A stretch of DNA of 64,000 nt, from the NCBI GenBank assembly GCA_038896535.1, contig JAWACY010000001.1, positions 320,001 through 384,000 of the forward strand, given 5' to 3'. Position numbers and translations under genes: made by a program. Source of the stretch: Candidatus Anstonellales archaeon (lineage in GTDB: Archaea; Micrarchaeota; Micrarchaeia; Anstonellales; J096). The notes beneath the pieces were generated by a model, which saw only the letters and a list, made by a program, of their open reading frames with translations, ran no database searches and was not told where the DNA came from. Shown here piece by piece: positions 8,084-18,002 of the stretch. Position 1 is the first letter of the stretch, and the number at the start of each line of letters is the position of its first letter.

Positions 8084-10552
8084 TTAGCAACCCATATCAA
8101 TAAGAGTTTGTTTATCTACTTGCATTCTTCTTGCAGTATTACATAAATTTGTTTTCCAATCACCAGAATAACAATCTTTGCATTCTTTATAAAATGCTGC
8201 ATATAATTTACCAGCTTCTATAGCATCTTTATAATTTGGTAAGTTCAATGCATTTAAAAAAGAAGCAAAATCAGATTGCATGCATGCACTGTTAGATAAT
8301 TTATAAGTGCTGCTGCTAGTGCTTGTACTTCCAGAACTGCCAGTGTTTATTGTTGTTGAACCAACTGAGCTTCTTGAGCCAGTTGAGCCAGTTGAGCTTG
8401 TTGAACTTGTTGAACCAGTTGAGCTTGATAATGTACAGCAAAGATTTCTTGTAGTTATTGACATTTTATCGCAGTTTCCACCAGATTTTAATATATCATC
8501 AAAAATATCAGCAAGTTGAATACTATTTATATTTACTATGCCCATTGCAGTGAGTAAAGCAGTCAATTGCCTTTTTTCTGATTCTGTTGTAGCAAAGCTC
8601 ATTGCTGAAGCTTTTTGATCTGCTTTATTATATGCTTGTTCAAATTTCATTAATAAAATGCATATGCCATCATTTATATCGAATGGGTTATATTCACTGC
8701 CCATGCATTTTTTCACATTATCTGGAAAGCTTGCGTAATCTGATGGTTTATAATCAAAGCTAAAAATACCCAAGCCATCTATTTTGCAAGCATTCCCCGC
8801 ATTACTATTTGTTGAATCGCAATTTGTTCCATATTTTATTGTAATGCTTCCTTGACAGCCAGCTTTTTTATATGCATCATTTAATTGATTTATTAAATTA
8901 TTATCAACATTTATGCCCTTTGAATTATTATAGCTTATGAAGCATGCATCGCCTTTGCTTTTATAATATGCTATTGCTCTTGCTACAACTCCATCAATTT
9001 CATTTGCATCAGCAGCAACATAAACCGCATCAGTAGCTTTGCAAGCATTGCTGTTTATGTTAGAAGAAAGCCCCTTAATAATGGGTGTCGGCTCAGAGAA
9101 ATCAATGCAAAAACTACATTTGTATATAGTTGGCGATTTTGAGCTTATATTTATAATTTCTGGCAAAATTTCTGGTTTAACAACGCTTTTTACTGAATAA
9201 TCCTGTATAGGGAATACAAAAGAGCATAAATCTGCATTATCAGCATTATACCTCAATGCCGGCAATACATTGCCATTTTTATAATCATTCCCTCCAGTAA
9301 TGTTGCTCCCTCCAGTATAGTATTTACTACAAAGGTCAAACCAGACATTAAATCTATATTTTGCATCTTCTATATTTCCTGTTGTTTTATTATAGAGAGT
9401 TAAAGCACAATTATCGCAATCAAAAATGGAGGTTGATTCAAAAAATGGCTGTGGTGCAAATCCCAAAAGGCCTTCTCTAATCAAAGCTGGAAGTATTGTA
9501 AATAACTGCTCGTAAATGGCAACATAATCATTATCACCATAAACACATCTATCTGTTTTTGGCAGATAAACATAATATATGAAAGATGATTTATTGAATT
9601 CTTTATTGATAAATGATATTAATGGCAATACTTCCTGTATCATTATTGCATCTCCACCACAGAATCCATTATCATCTTTTGTTCTACTAAATCTTGAGTC
9701 AATGCCAAAAGCAAAGCCATCTATAGAATTAAGAACTTGTTGATTGCTTGCATAGTTCGATTTATTTAAATAAAATCTTCTGTTTTCATATATCTCATCA
9801 AGAGATATTGATAAGAAAACGCTGCAATTAGGGCAAGCATTTTTTATATCAAGAACTTGTTTCATTACTTTATTGAATGTTGCTTGCTCTTTTTTAGGAT
9901 TTATTTCTGTAGCTACAAAAACTGGACCAAGGCCATTAATTGACTTTGCTATATCAAAAGCATTATCATTTGCAGGAGGGCTTCCATAATAATTTGTATC
10001 TAAGCCATCTTTATTATAGAATGCAAAAAAAGGTATCACATTTGCAGAAAGCATGCAGCCAATATTCTGTTTCGTGCCCAAAGGTCTTGCATAGCCATTA
10101 TTATCCCCAGTTATAAATCTTACTGAATATGTATAGCTATAATTGCAGTAAGCATTTGCTTCATTAAAATCTATTATTTTTGGGCCTTGCGCAAGCCCAA
10201 AAGGCCTTGCTCTTGTTTTTGTTCTGTTTAGTTCTTCCAAAAATTTTTTTACATCACTAAGATTTGAGGCATTCATTGTGAGAAAAGAACAATTTCCATT
10301 TACAAGAGATGTATCAGTAAAAAAGAAAAACCTCCTTGCAGTTTTATTGGTACAAGCGAATAAATAACATAAATTATCAGATGTGGGTTGAGCAATAGAA
10401 ACATTTAAATTATCATAGATTGTTTGTGCTAAATAATTTTCTCCAAATAGCCTTGCTTCTCCTTCTATTGTTGTACAACCGAATAAAAATAATAATAGAA
10501 TAATTACCGAATATTGCAATTTATTCATAACATTCATAATGATTTTACCCAT
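8084..10552 (-). CDS. Large Cys-rich surface lipoprotein with a TIM-barrel-like region, a degenerate lysozyme/SLT-like region and a Ser/Thr/Gly linker
   Basis: Lipobox LFGC; many Cys and NxS/T sequons; SLT-like pattern AADANEIDGVVARAIAYYKS..GLGIFSF..YNPFD; SSTGSTSSTSSTGS tract. Confidence 0.6.
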   Translation of the reverse strand: MGKIIMNVMNKLQYSVIILLLFLFGCTTIEGEARLFGENYLAQTIYDNLNVSIAQPTSDNLCYLFACTNKTARRFFFFTDTSLVNGNCSFLTMNASNLSDVKKFLEELNRTKTRARPFGLAQGPKIIDFNEANAYCNYSYTYSVRFITGDNNGYARPLGTKQNIGCMLSANVIPFFAFYNKDGLDTNYYGSPPANDNAFDIAKSINGLGPVFVATEINPKKEQATFNKVMKQVLDIKNACPNCSVFLSISLDEIYENRRFYLNKSNYASNQQVLNSIDGFAFGIDSRFSRTKDDNGFCGGDAIMIQEVLPLISFINKEFNKSSFIYYVYLPKTDRCVYGDNDYVAIYEQLFTILPALIREGLLGFAPQPFFESTSIFDCDNCALTLYNKTTGNIEDAKYRFNVWFDLCSKYYTGGSNITGGNDYKNGNVLPALRYNADNADLCSFVFPIQDYSVKSVVKPEILPEIINISSKSPTIYKCSFCIDFSEPTPIIKGLSSNINSNACKATDAVYVAADANEIDGVVARAIAYYKSKGDACFISYNNSKGINVDNNLINQLNDAYKKAGCQGSITIKYGTNCDSTNSNAGNACKIDGLGIFSFDYKPSDYASFPDNVKKCMGSEYNPFDINDGICILLMKFEQAYNKADQKASAMSFATTESEKRQLTALLTAMGIVNINSIQLADIFDDILKSGGNCDKMSITTRNLCCTLSSSTGSTSSTSSTGSTGSRSSVGSTTINTGSSGSTSTSSSTYKLSNSACMQSDFASFLNALNLPNYKDAIEAGKLYAAFYKECKDCYSGDWKTNLCNTARRMQVDKQTLIDMGC

Positions 10553-10736
10553 AATGATATTTAAAAGTTAAAAATAAAAAACCAACTTAAATAAACATAA
10601 ATTAAATAAACACGGTCAGAAGGATTTAAAAGTTATTGAAAACATTTAAAAAAGTTATTGTAAAAGATAATGATAAGAACATTTAAAAACACTTTCTATT
10701 TATTATATAAATAAAGAGAAAAATAGAGGTAGGAGC

Positions 10737-11456
10737 ATGGGCAGGAGAAAAATAAAATTTAATGCTGTCGAGGATAATGTTATTAAAAAATTAAATGAAC
10801 GCCAAACAGCATTAAAGCAGAATAACAATCAATTAACATTTGCTAAGCTTGCTGAGCAGTTATTGAAGATTCAAGGGCAAGCAAAGCAGGCTTATAAAAA
10901 CCACGGCAGAGCAGAATTGTCAAAATTTGGTCTTTTGACATTGCAAGAAGCATATGATATGCTAAGGCAAAATGGAATAAATATAACATTTAGAGCATTC
11001 TCAGGCAGGATAGAGAGAAAAACTATACCAACAATAATAATAGGAAAAAGAAGATACTTATCAAAGGATGTTGTTGCACACATGATAGATCTGAATAACA
11101 AATTTTACAAAATAAGAGAAGCTTATGAGTTATATAGTTCAGTCAAACCAATCAATTTCAGAGCGTTTTTGGGCAGAATAGAAAAAGGAGCAATCCCTTC
11201 AGTAAAAATAGGGCATACAAAATACATTCCAAAAGAGGTTATAGAAACATTTTTGCATGTTGGAAAGAATTATTATACAGTAAAAGAGGTTGTTGATGAA
11301 TTGAGAAAGTTAGGGGTAAATATTAAAAGAGCGACAATTGAAAGAAGGCTTGACAGGGGCTCAATACCATTCCATAAAATAGGAGGAAAAAGATACATAC
11401 ACAAAGATGTTGCTAATGAATTAATAAATTATGAATTATCAAAACAGAAGAAATAA
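10737..11456 (+). CDS. DNA-binding protein with three tandem excisionase-like (HTH_17) helix-turn-helix domains
   Basis: Three repeats of T..EA/V..L....I..RA...RI(E/D)(R/K)G.IP..KIG..(R/K)YI.K(D/E)V. GAGGTAGGAG RBS. Confidence 0.8.
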   Translation: MGRRKIKFNAVEDNVIKKLNERQTALKQNNNQLTFAKLAEQLLKIQGQAKQAYKNHGRAELSKFGLLTLQEAYDMLRQNGINITFRAFSGRIERKTIPTIIIGKRRYLSKDVVAHMIDLNNKFYKIREAYELYSSVKPINFRAFLGRIEKGAIPSVKIGHTKYIPKEVIETFLHVGKNYYTVKEVVDELRKLGVNIKRATIERRLDRGSIPFHKIGGKRYIHKDVANELINYELSKQKK

Positions 11457-11532
11457 GTTTATGTGTTATAAAATTACTTCTTGGCTTCTTTTCTTGGGCT
11501 GAAATTACTAATGGCAATTAATATATTTATGT

Positions 11533-11790
11533 TTAATATTCAAAATCTGGTTCTATTTTCATCCAAGTGCCATTTATAAATGCCCATAATGTCTTAGTAG
11601 TTGAGTCATAAACAAGGTTTTGTTTGTTTGCTATTTCTATGCCTCTGTCTATCTCTATGAATGGATATCTATAAGCCCATGAAAATTTCTCTCTAAAGAT
11701 GTTTGGCTCTATTAAGGCTAATCTTTTTGTTTCTTCTTTTCTCCTCTCGCAGTATGCAATAACTTCCTCAATCTCATTTTTTGGAGGCAT
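11533..11790 (-). CDS. Small hypothetical protein
   Basis: 85-aa ORF with globular composition, divergent from the ATPase operon and sharing its TATA box. Confidence 0.7.
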   Translation of the reverse strand: MPPKNEIEEVIAYCERRKEETKRLALIEPNIFREKFSWAYRYPFIEIDRGIEIANKQNLVYDSTTKTLWAFINGTWMKIEPDFEY

Positions 11791-11810
11791 AATAATATAA
11801 TAGAAAGCTT

Positions 11811-11818
11811 TTTATAAA
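11811..11818. promoter_or_regulatory. Palindromic TATA box (TTTATAAA) shared by divergent genes
   Basis: About 20 nt from both ATG 11790 (-) and ATG 11838 (+). Confidence 0.6.
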
Positions 11819-11837
11819 TAAATGATTAAATAAGATT

Positions 11838-12674
11838 ATGGTAACTCAAAAAACAGCATTTTATGCATCAATTGGTTTAGGCATATTTGGTGTTTTTGCA
11901 GCGCTTGCAGCTGGAGGAGGAATAATAACAATCATAGGCCTGTTTTTTGCAGCTCTTGGGATAATAGGAAGTGTAGCATTCTATAAATATGGTTACATGT
12001 TAGTTCCATGGCTTACGCAACAAACAAAAACTGTATTCATTACTTCTGATGGATATGAAATACCTCCAAGCCAGGATGTAATAATAAAAAAAGGTGAGAA
12101 TGGAGTTTATTATGCAACAGCATTCCTCGGATTAAGACTTTATCAATCTGCTGTTGAAATGACAGAAGAGCAGTTAAGAGCTTATAACACGCTTTTTGAA
12201 CGGGCTATGTCTGGATTTAAAAAAGTTGTGAAAATTGGCTATATAATGCATGCTGTTGATATAGCAGAAAAGAAAAGAGATTTAGAAAGTAAAAAGGCAG
12301 AGGCACAATTAAGATTGCAAAGAGAAAGAGAAAAGACTGAGCCAGATCCATTAAGGATTGAAAGGTTTGAAAGAGAAGTATCATATTGGAGTGCACAAAT
12401 AGATAAATTAACAAGGGGGCTAAGGCCAATGAAAGTTGTTTTGTATGCAATGACAACAGATGCTGGAATAACAAGAGATGAAGCAATAGCAAGAGTAAAT
12501 AATAATGTGTCTGAGCTAAGAACATTATTGAGCAATTCATTGAATTGCGAAGTTGTAAGGCTTGTTGCTGATGAGATGATGACTGCTTTTGAGTGGGAGA
12601 GATTTTTGCCTTTAACACCAGAAGATATAGAAGCAAGGGTTGAACTTGAAAAATCAGGGGGTATGCAAATATGA
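11838..12674 (+). CDS. Two-TM membrane-anchored protein; possible VirB4 N-terminal/accessory component
   Basis: Two Gly-rich N-terminal TM helices, a coiled coil and an alpha/beta tail; ATGA overlap with the ATPase gene. Confidence 0.65.
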   Translation: MVTQKTAFYASIGLGIFGVFAALAAGGGIITIIGLFFAALGIIGSVAFYKYGYMLVPWLTQQTKTVFITSDGYEIPPSQDVIIKKGENGVYYATAFLGLRLYQSAVEMTEEQLRAYNTLFERAMSGFKKVVKIGYIMHAVDIAEKKRDLESKKAEAQLRLQREREKTEPDPLRIERFEREVSYWSAQIDKLTRGLRPMKVVLYAMTTDAGITRDEAIARVNNNVSELRTLLSNSLNCEVVRLVADEMMTAFEWERFLPLTPEDIEARVELEKSGGMQI

Positions 12675-14254
12675 CAGCAGCAAAGGTTCCTGCAGGTAAG
12701 CTTACAATAACTGAAACAACAAATGTTGAAATTGGAAGGAGAAATATTTTGCATCATCCACCAGAGCCACCGCCAGAGTTTATCATGGCAGATATAACAA
12801 ACGGCATATATATAGGCAGAACAGCTGAATTAAATGCTCCATTCTTTTGGGCTCCAAAGTTTACAACAAACCCGCATATAGCTATTGTAGGTATTTCTGG
12901 TAGCGGAAAATCATACTTCATAAAGACTTTCCTTGTTAGAGCAAGCTTTGTCTGGAATGCTAATGCAATAATAGTTGATTGGGCTGGAGAATATAAAGAT
13001 TGGGTCTTAGAGACCGGAGGGAAGTTAATAGCATTGGGTAAGGGCAATAATCTTAACTTGCTTGATCTTGGAGGGATGAGGCCATATGACAGGATAAAGC
13101 AAGTCATGAGAACTCTGGAGTTGCTTACAGATATTGCCCAGTATCCTGAACAAAAAAGATTGACAGAACAAGCAATAGAAGAAGCATATGTAAGAGCAAA
13201 ATTTAAACTTGATTCAAGAGAGCAAAAAGATGAGCTTGGAAATGTACTTGAGCCACCAACATTAAAAGATGTTGTCAAAATACTTGAGGAATTAAGGCAA
13301 ACAGGAGCTTATGAATACCCATCTGAGCTTGAAAATTCTATTCATAGGCTGAAGCAGTTTACAAGACAAGGGGAAGATTATTTCGCGCAAAAGAGCACAA
13401 TAAATTTAGATGAAATTGTTTCCTCTGGCTTGGTTGACCTTGATTTAACTGGCTTGCCAGATGAAACAATGAGGGCTTTGGGAGCATTAACAGTTTTACA
13501 ATTTATTAAAGAAAGAATGCGTCTTGAAGGCGCGCAAGAAGTTAAAGGCATAAAGCTTATAACAGTTGTTGATGAGGCATGGAAAATTGCAGGAGAAGAA
13601 AATTCTGACATAGTCATGATAGTAAGAGAGGGAAGAAAATATAACTTTTCTTTGATTGTTGCGAGCCAAAACCCAACCGATATTAGTAAGAGCATATTTA
13701 GCAATGTTGGCACGACATTTATATTAAAAACTAAATTCGAAACATTTCTCGATTATTTGCAAGGCAGCTTGAGATTTAGCAATTACATGAGAGAAAAAAT
13801 CATGCAGTTTGGCGTTGGGCAAGCCTGCGTTAACATGGCTTTTCATGTTCCATTGCAGTTTTCACAAACATTCATAATAAATAAAATCGAAGGCGAAGAG
13901 CCTATTAAAGATTTCTTCTTAACATTCGAAGGAATAGAAGGTGTTACTATGGGATTTGCAATATCAATAAAGAAAAATGAATTTAGAGATACGCTAAGAA
14001 AAAAGCTTGGGTTAAATGAAGAAGAAGTACAAGCAATAACAGCAAAATTTGAAAAATTATCTAGGAGAATGAATGTTGTTGATTTTGTTATCGAGCTAGA
14101 GCTAAAAAATGCACAGAGGAAAAGAATAGTAGATTTGCTCAAAGAATGGGGTGTTGACGATGCAACAATTATTAATATATTCACAAAAGTTGATTTTAAG
14201 AAAAGCGGTCAAAAAGGCAGCTTGCCAGTAAGGCTCTTAGTTAAAAAAGAATAA
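12671..14254 (+). CDS. VirB4/HerA/FtsK-superfamily ATPase (DUF87-like)
   Basis: NPHIAIVGISGSGKS (Walker A), IIVDWAGEY, TVVDEAW (Walker B) and REGRKYNFSLIVASQ (Arg finger and Gln sensor). Confidence 0.9.
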   Translation: MTAAKVPAGKLTITETTNVEIGRRNILHHPPEPPPEFIMADITNGIYIGRTAELNAPFFWAPKFTTNPHIAIVGISGSGKSYFIKTFLVRASFVWNANAIIVDWAGEYKDWVLETGGKLIALGKGNNLNLLDLGGMRPYDRIKQVMRTLELLTDIAQYPEQKRLTEQAIEEAYVRAKFKLDSREQKDELGNVLEPPTLKDVVKILEELRQTGAYEYPSELENSIHRLKQFTRQGEDYFAQKSTINLDEIVSSGLVDLDLTGLPDETMRALGALTVLQFIKERMRLEGAQEVKGIKLITVVDEAWKIAGEENSDIVMIVREGRKYNFSLIVASQNPTDISKSIFSNVGTTFILKTKFETFLDYLQGSLRFSNYMREKIMQFGVGQACVNMAFHVPLQFSQTFIINKIEGEEPIKDFFLTFEGIEGVTMGFAISIKKNEFRDTLRKKLGLNEEEVQAITAKFEKLSRRMNVVDFVIELELKNAQRKRIVDLLKEWGVDDATIINIFTKVDFKKSGQKGSLPVRLLVKKE

Positions 14255-14269
14255 AGGAAAGGTGGTAAA

Positions 14270-14776
14270 ATGGATTTAGATATAATAACTGGAAAAGAAG
14301 TTAATAAAGGATATAGAGTTAAAGAAGACATTGTAATAAGAACTATTGCATGGATTAAAAAGAAAGCAGGCTTATATCAGGGAAATAATTTATATGTTGC
14401 AGAAGAATCGCTTGAAGAATACAAAAAAAGAAGGAGCAGGTTTGAGAGATACGCAATTTTTGGCACTATTTTTGTTTTTGTAGTGCTTGTTTTTTCTATC
14501 TTACTCCCAATTACTTCAGGGGATTATCAAAAGATTATTTCAAATATTGTTGCAGTCTTAGGCCTTACTTTTGTTACTTTCTTTCTTGTATTATTCTCTT
14601 ACATGCCAGCAATAGAAGATAAAATAACAATAATAAGGGAAGAAAAGAAAAAGGAGGAGAAAGAAAATAAAGAGGCTGATGAATTAAAAAAAGAGGCCAA
14701 AGAAAGGGAAATTAAAGAGAAAGAGGAGAAAAAAGATATAAAAGAGAAGAAAACATATAAGAGGAGAAAGAAATAG
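14270..14776 (+). CDS. Two-TM membrane protein with a highly charged tail
   Basis: Two hydrophobic helices and a K/E-rich C-terminus. GGTGGT RBS. Confidence 0.75.
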   Translation: MDLDIITGKEVNKGYRVKEDIVIRTIAWIKKKAGLYQGNNLYVAEESLEEYKKRRSRFERYAIFGTIFVFVVLVFSILLPITSGDYQKIISNIVAVLGLTFVTFFLVLFSYMPAIEDKITIIREEKKKEEKENKEADELKKEAKEREIKEKEEKKDIKEKKTYKRRKK

Positions 14777-14785
14777 GTTGATTGA

Positions 14786-15490
14786 ATGGAGCCAGAAATA
14801 ATAACATTAACATTAAAAGTAATTAAGCAAGCAAATATTAACGATGTTTATAATGTAATATCTTCATTATCAGGATTTAAGATATATAAAACACAGAAAG
14901 CTGTTTATGTAGCAATTGTTGAGAAAGAAGATGTTGAAAAAAGGCCTACGAAATTTATTATTGTCGAATTTTTGCAGGATTCAATAAATATGCATTTTAC
15001 CGTTTCAGAAGATGAAAGTTCTTCTATAAGAAAGCTCGAAGTAATTTCGAAAGCCCTGCCAATAATAGAACTTGTTTTAGATAGCTATTCATTGTCAATC
15101 AAGCCCTTATTATCAATCGTTGATTCTGCACTTACTGAAATGTTGCATAAATTTACGAGAGAGATGAAAGATGTATTAATAGAGAACGATAGACTTAGGG
15201 ATAAAATAGTAGAGCAAAGCAGCAAAATAAAAAGGCAGGAAGAGCAAATTAAAGAACTGACTTCAAAGCTTTATGAAATAAACTCAGAAAATGCTGAATT
15301 AAGGCTTAAGCTTGGCAAATATGAAAAGCCGAGCCAAGAGGCATTAGAATCAATGTTGATGGATTGGATTAAAGAGCACGGCGGCACGATAGATATAGCT
15401 GAATTCTCCAGAATAAACAATGTTCCTATTTCAAGGATTGAAGATACTCTTAACGGGCTTGTTAATAAAGGTTTCATAAAGCCGCTGTGA
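14786..15490 (+). CDS. Coiled-coil protein with a C-terminal winged helix
   Basis: Heptads at about aa 125-180, then LMDWIKEHGGTIDIAEFSRINNVPISRIEDTLNGLVNKGFI. Confidence 0.75.
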   Translation: MEPEIITLTLKVIKQANINDVYNVISSLSGFKIYKTQKAVYVAIVEKEDVEKRPTKFIIVEFLQDSINMHFTVSEDESSSIRKLEVISKALPIIELVLDSYSLSIKPLLSIVDSALTEMLHKFTREMKDVLIENDRLRDKIVEQSSKIKRQEEQIKELTSKLYEINSENAELRLKLGKYEKPSQEALESMLMDWIKEHGGTIDIAEFSRINNVPISRIEDTLNGLVNKGFIKPL

Positions 15491-15494
15491 TATC

Positions 15495-17999
15495 ATGGCA
15501 AAAAGATTTGCTATAAATAAAGATTATAAGTATATAAAGAATTTTAAAATTGCGCAAAGGTCTTTTATTGATAATTTATTGGATCAATTTAAAACAAAAA
15601 AACCAAAGCAAGAGAAAGTAAAAGAAATAAAAGAAAAAGTGCAAGTAAAAGGTATTGACATAATGCTAATGAAGGCACTTCCACTATTGATATTTTTGGG
15701 TTTAATAGGTTATTTTTATATAACATTCCAAAACATCACTGCATCATTGGCAGAACAACCAGTAATTGGAGAAGAAAAAATAAAATTTCCAGAGATAAGG
15801 AAAGCACTTTTTATTGATTATGGGGCCAGAGATAATAGGATATATGCTGCTCTTATAAACCTATACCTTCCTGAAGAAAAGATATACACTATTCATCTAT
15901 CTAGAATGATAAGACCATTTACAGGCAATATTTTCATTTACTCAGATGATATATACCCAAAAACAGAAGATACATTAAAATTCATAGAAACTCTTGAAAA
16001 AGAGCTAAATAACAAAGGTTTTGTTGTCCAGAGAATTTATTCAAAAGAGCAGTTAAATTACATTGACAGCAACAGCATTTTTGTTTTGCCTTCTGATAAG
16101 TTACCTGCAAATATAGAGAATTATTTTGATAAGATGAGTGAGAAGGGCATAACAATATTAATAATAAGCTCTACTCCAACAAATGAGCAGATAGAACTTG
16201 GTATAAGGGATATAACATCTTACTGGGCATCAAAAGATATTAGATTTATTCCATCAACATTTAAACCATCTGGCATGAAAATGTATCAAGCTTTTTATTA
16301 TGTTGACAAAGCATCTTTGATAAATGGAGGGGCTTCATATATACTGACTAAAGGTGGGGATGAATTTATTTTTATTCCAGGCTCTGTTGGGGATACAATA
16401 ACAAACCATTGGAGAAACAGCCAAGAAGCTGCTCTGGATACAGCAAATATAATAATTGAGTTCGTAAAAGGGTTAAGGGAATATAAAAAGGAAGAAGGAG
16501 AAAGATTAGTCCCGGATGAAATATTATATAATTTACCTAATGGAAGCCATTATGTATTAATTGAAAACAATGATAAAAATAAAAGTGCCCTTAATGTTTT
16601 ATTAACAGCAGATTTAGATGGCAATACATTTTTTTACAAGCCTTTGACTGTTGTTAAAGATTATAATGGCTACATTTATCCTAATGAGCCAATGCCAATA
16701 TTGCCATTTTATGTCAGGAATGTGCCAATTGTATTTGAATACCTCCCAGATCCTGAGCAGGCATTATTTTCATCAATAGGATTAAAATTAGTAAATGCAA
16801 ACAATCAAGTTGTTGATAATGTGACATTAGCACAAGGAAGCCAAGTTCCACTTAATAGCATATCAACAGTTCAATATATAAATAAGGATTTAAATGATAC
16901 TAGGTATTTAATAGAACTTGTTGATTTAAGAAAAAACACTGTTTATTCAAGATCTGTATTAGAACTTGGAACTCTTGAAATAAGGCCAGAGCCTAAATTT
17001 GATGAAGGCAAGATAACATTTTATTTTGAAATAGCAGGAAGGCCGACAAAAGTTGGTAATGTTGTTTTATCTTTGGTTGGTGGTGATTTTACTGCTGGAA
17101 CTAGAAATAGCGATAGGATAACAATAGATATGTCAGGTTATTATGGAGGAGCAATACCAGCAGGCAATTATACTTTTAAGTTTTCAATAGAGGGGCTTGG
17201 GCAAAGAGAAGTAAATATATATAATCCCCCAAAAATAGGCATATCAAGGCTTTTTAGCATAGAAAGAATGGCATTAATTTTAATTGCAGGCATTATATAT
17301 GCTGTTGGCATGATGGTAAAAAGAGCAGAAGAATTGCCATACAATATAGATATCCCAGATTTTGCCCCAGTTGAATACACAACATTGGAGTTAAGCAAGG
17401 AAGAAATAAAGAAGGCATTTGAAGTAATAAGCGATTATTATAAATGGAAATACATACCGTTAAGGCTTGAAGAGATAAAGAGGGGCATATCAATGATGCT
17501 AGGCAGAAAAGACCTTGTCATTAATGATTTTAATCTTGAAATTGTTTTGGGTAATCTTGAAAGAGACGGAATAGTAAAAGAGGAATCTGGATTTTATGTA
17601 TTAACAGAATGGCTGAAATCTGGTTTTACAATACAGCAATTGATAGCATTTAGGTTGATAAGGGATGCTGCAATAGCACATGCTTTGCCATTCAAAAATA
17701 TAACAAGGGCCCTTCCACATACCAAGGTTACATTTCCATGGCAGGAGATGTGGATTTATTTATACAGCTCATTAGATAAAGAAAGGATAACTGATGCAAT
17801 ATTAAATAATGTCGGAAAAACAGAAGCATTGCAAATAATACTTGTTCCAGATGAAAGGGAAGCATATACATTTCACACACTTTTAAGCAGTGGGCGGAAG
17901 AAAGATTCTCTTATTAAAGCTTATATAGATAATGGCATTATATTTTTATTCACGACACAAGAATTAATAGATAAGATAGAACAACTTAGTTTGTCATAA
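15495..17999 (+). CDS. Large membrane protein (two TMs, ~500-aa extracellular region, cytoplasmic C-terminal domain)
   Basis: TMs at about aa 62-78 and 593-610; beta-rich region with NxT/S sequons between them; last gene of the operon. Confidence 0.75.
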   Translation: MAKRFAINKDYKYIKNFKIAQRSFIDNLLDQFKTKKPKQEKVKEIKEKVQVKGIDIMLMKALPLLIFLGLIGYFYITFQNITASLAEQPVIGEEKIKFPEIRKALFIDYGARDNRIYAALINLYLPEEKIYTIHLSRMIRPFTGNIFIYSDDIYPKTEDTLKFIETLEKELNNKGFVVQRIYSKEQLNYIDSNSIFVLPSDKLPANIENYFDKMSEKGITILIISSTPTNEQIELGIRDITSYWASKDIRFIPSTFKPSGMKMYQAFYYVDKASLINGGASYILTKGGDEFIFIPGSVGDTITNHWRNSQEAALDTANIIIEFVKGLREYKKEEGERLVPDEILYNLPNGSHYVLIENNDKNKSALNVLLTADLDGNTFFYKPLTVVKDYNGYIYPNEPMPILPFYVRNVPIVFEYLPDPEQALFSSIGLKLVNANNQVVDNVTLAQGSQVPLNSISTVQYINKDLNDTRYLIELVDLRKNTVYSRSVLELGTLEIRPEPKFDEGKITFYFEIAGRPTKVGNVVLSLVGGDFTAGTRNSDRITIDMSGYYGGAIPAGNYTFKFSIEGLGQREVNIYNPPKIGISRLFSIERMALILIAGIIYAVGMMVKRAEELPYNIDIPDFAPVEYTTLELSKEEIKKAFEVISDYYKWKYIPLRLEEIKRGISMMLGRKDLVINDFNLEIVLGNLERDGIVKEESGFYVLTEWLKSGFTIQQLIAFRLIRDAAIAHALPFKNITRALPHTKVTFPWQEMWIYLYSSLDKERITDAILNNVGKTEALQIILVPDEREAYTFHTLLSSGRKKDSLIKAYIDNGIIFLFTTQELIDKIEQLSLS

Positions 18000-18002
18000 A
18001 TT

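Noticed and set aside
8307..8519. Antisense ORF with EPVEPVELVE repeats
   Set aside because: It is the shadow of the Ser/Thr/Gly linker in the 822-aa gene on the opposite strand.
12671..14254. Canonical HerA of the HerA-NurA repair operon, or a conjugative element
   Set aside because: No N-terminal HAS barrel is evident, nurA/mre11/rad50 are not adjacent, and there is no relaxase or integrase; the neighbours are membrane proteins.
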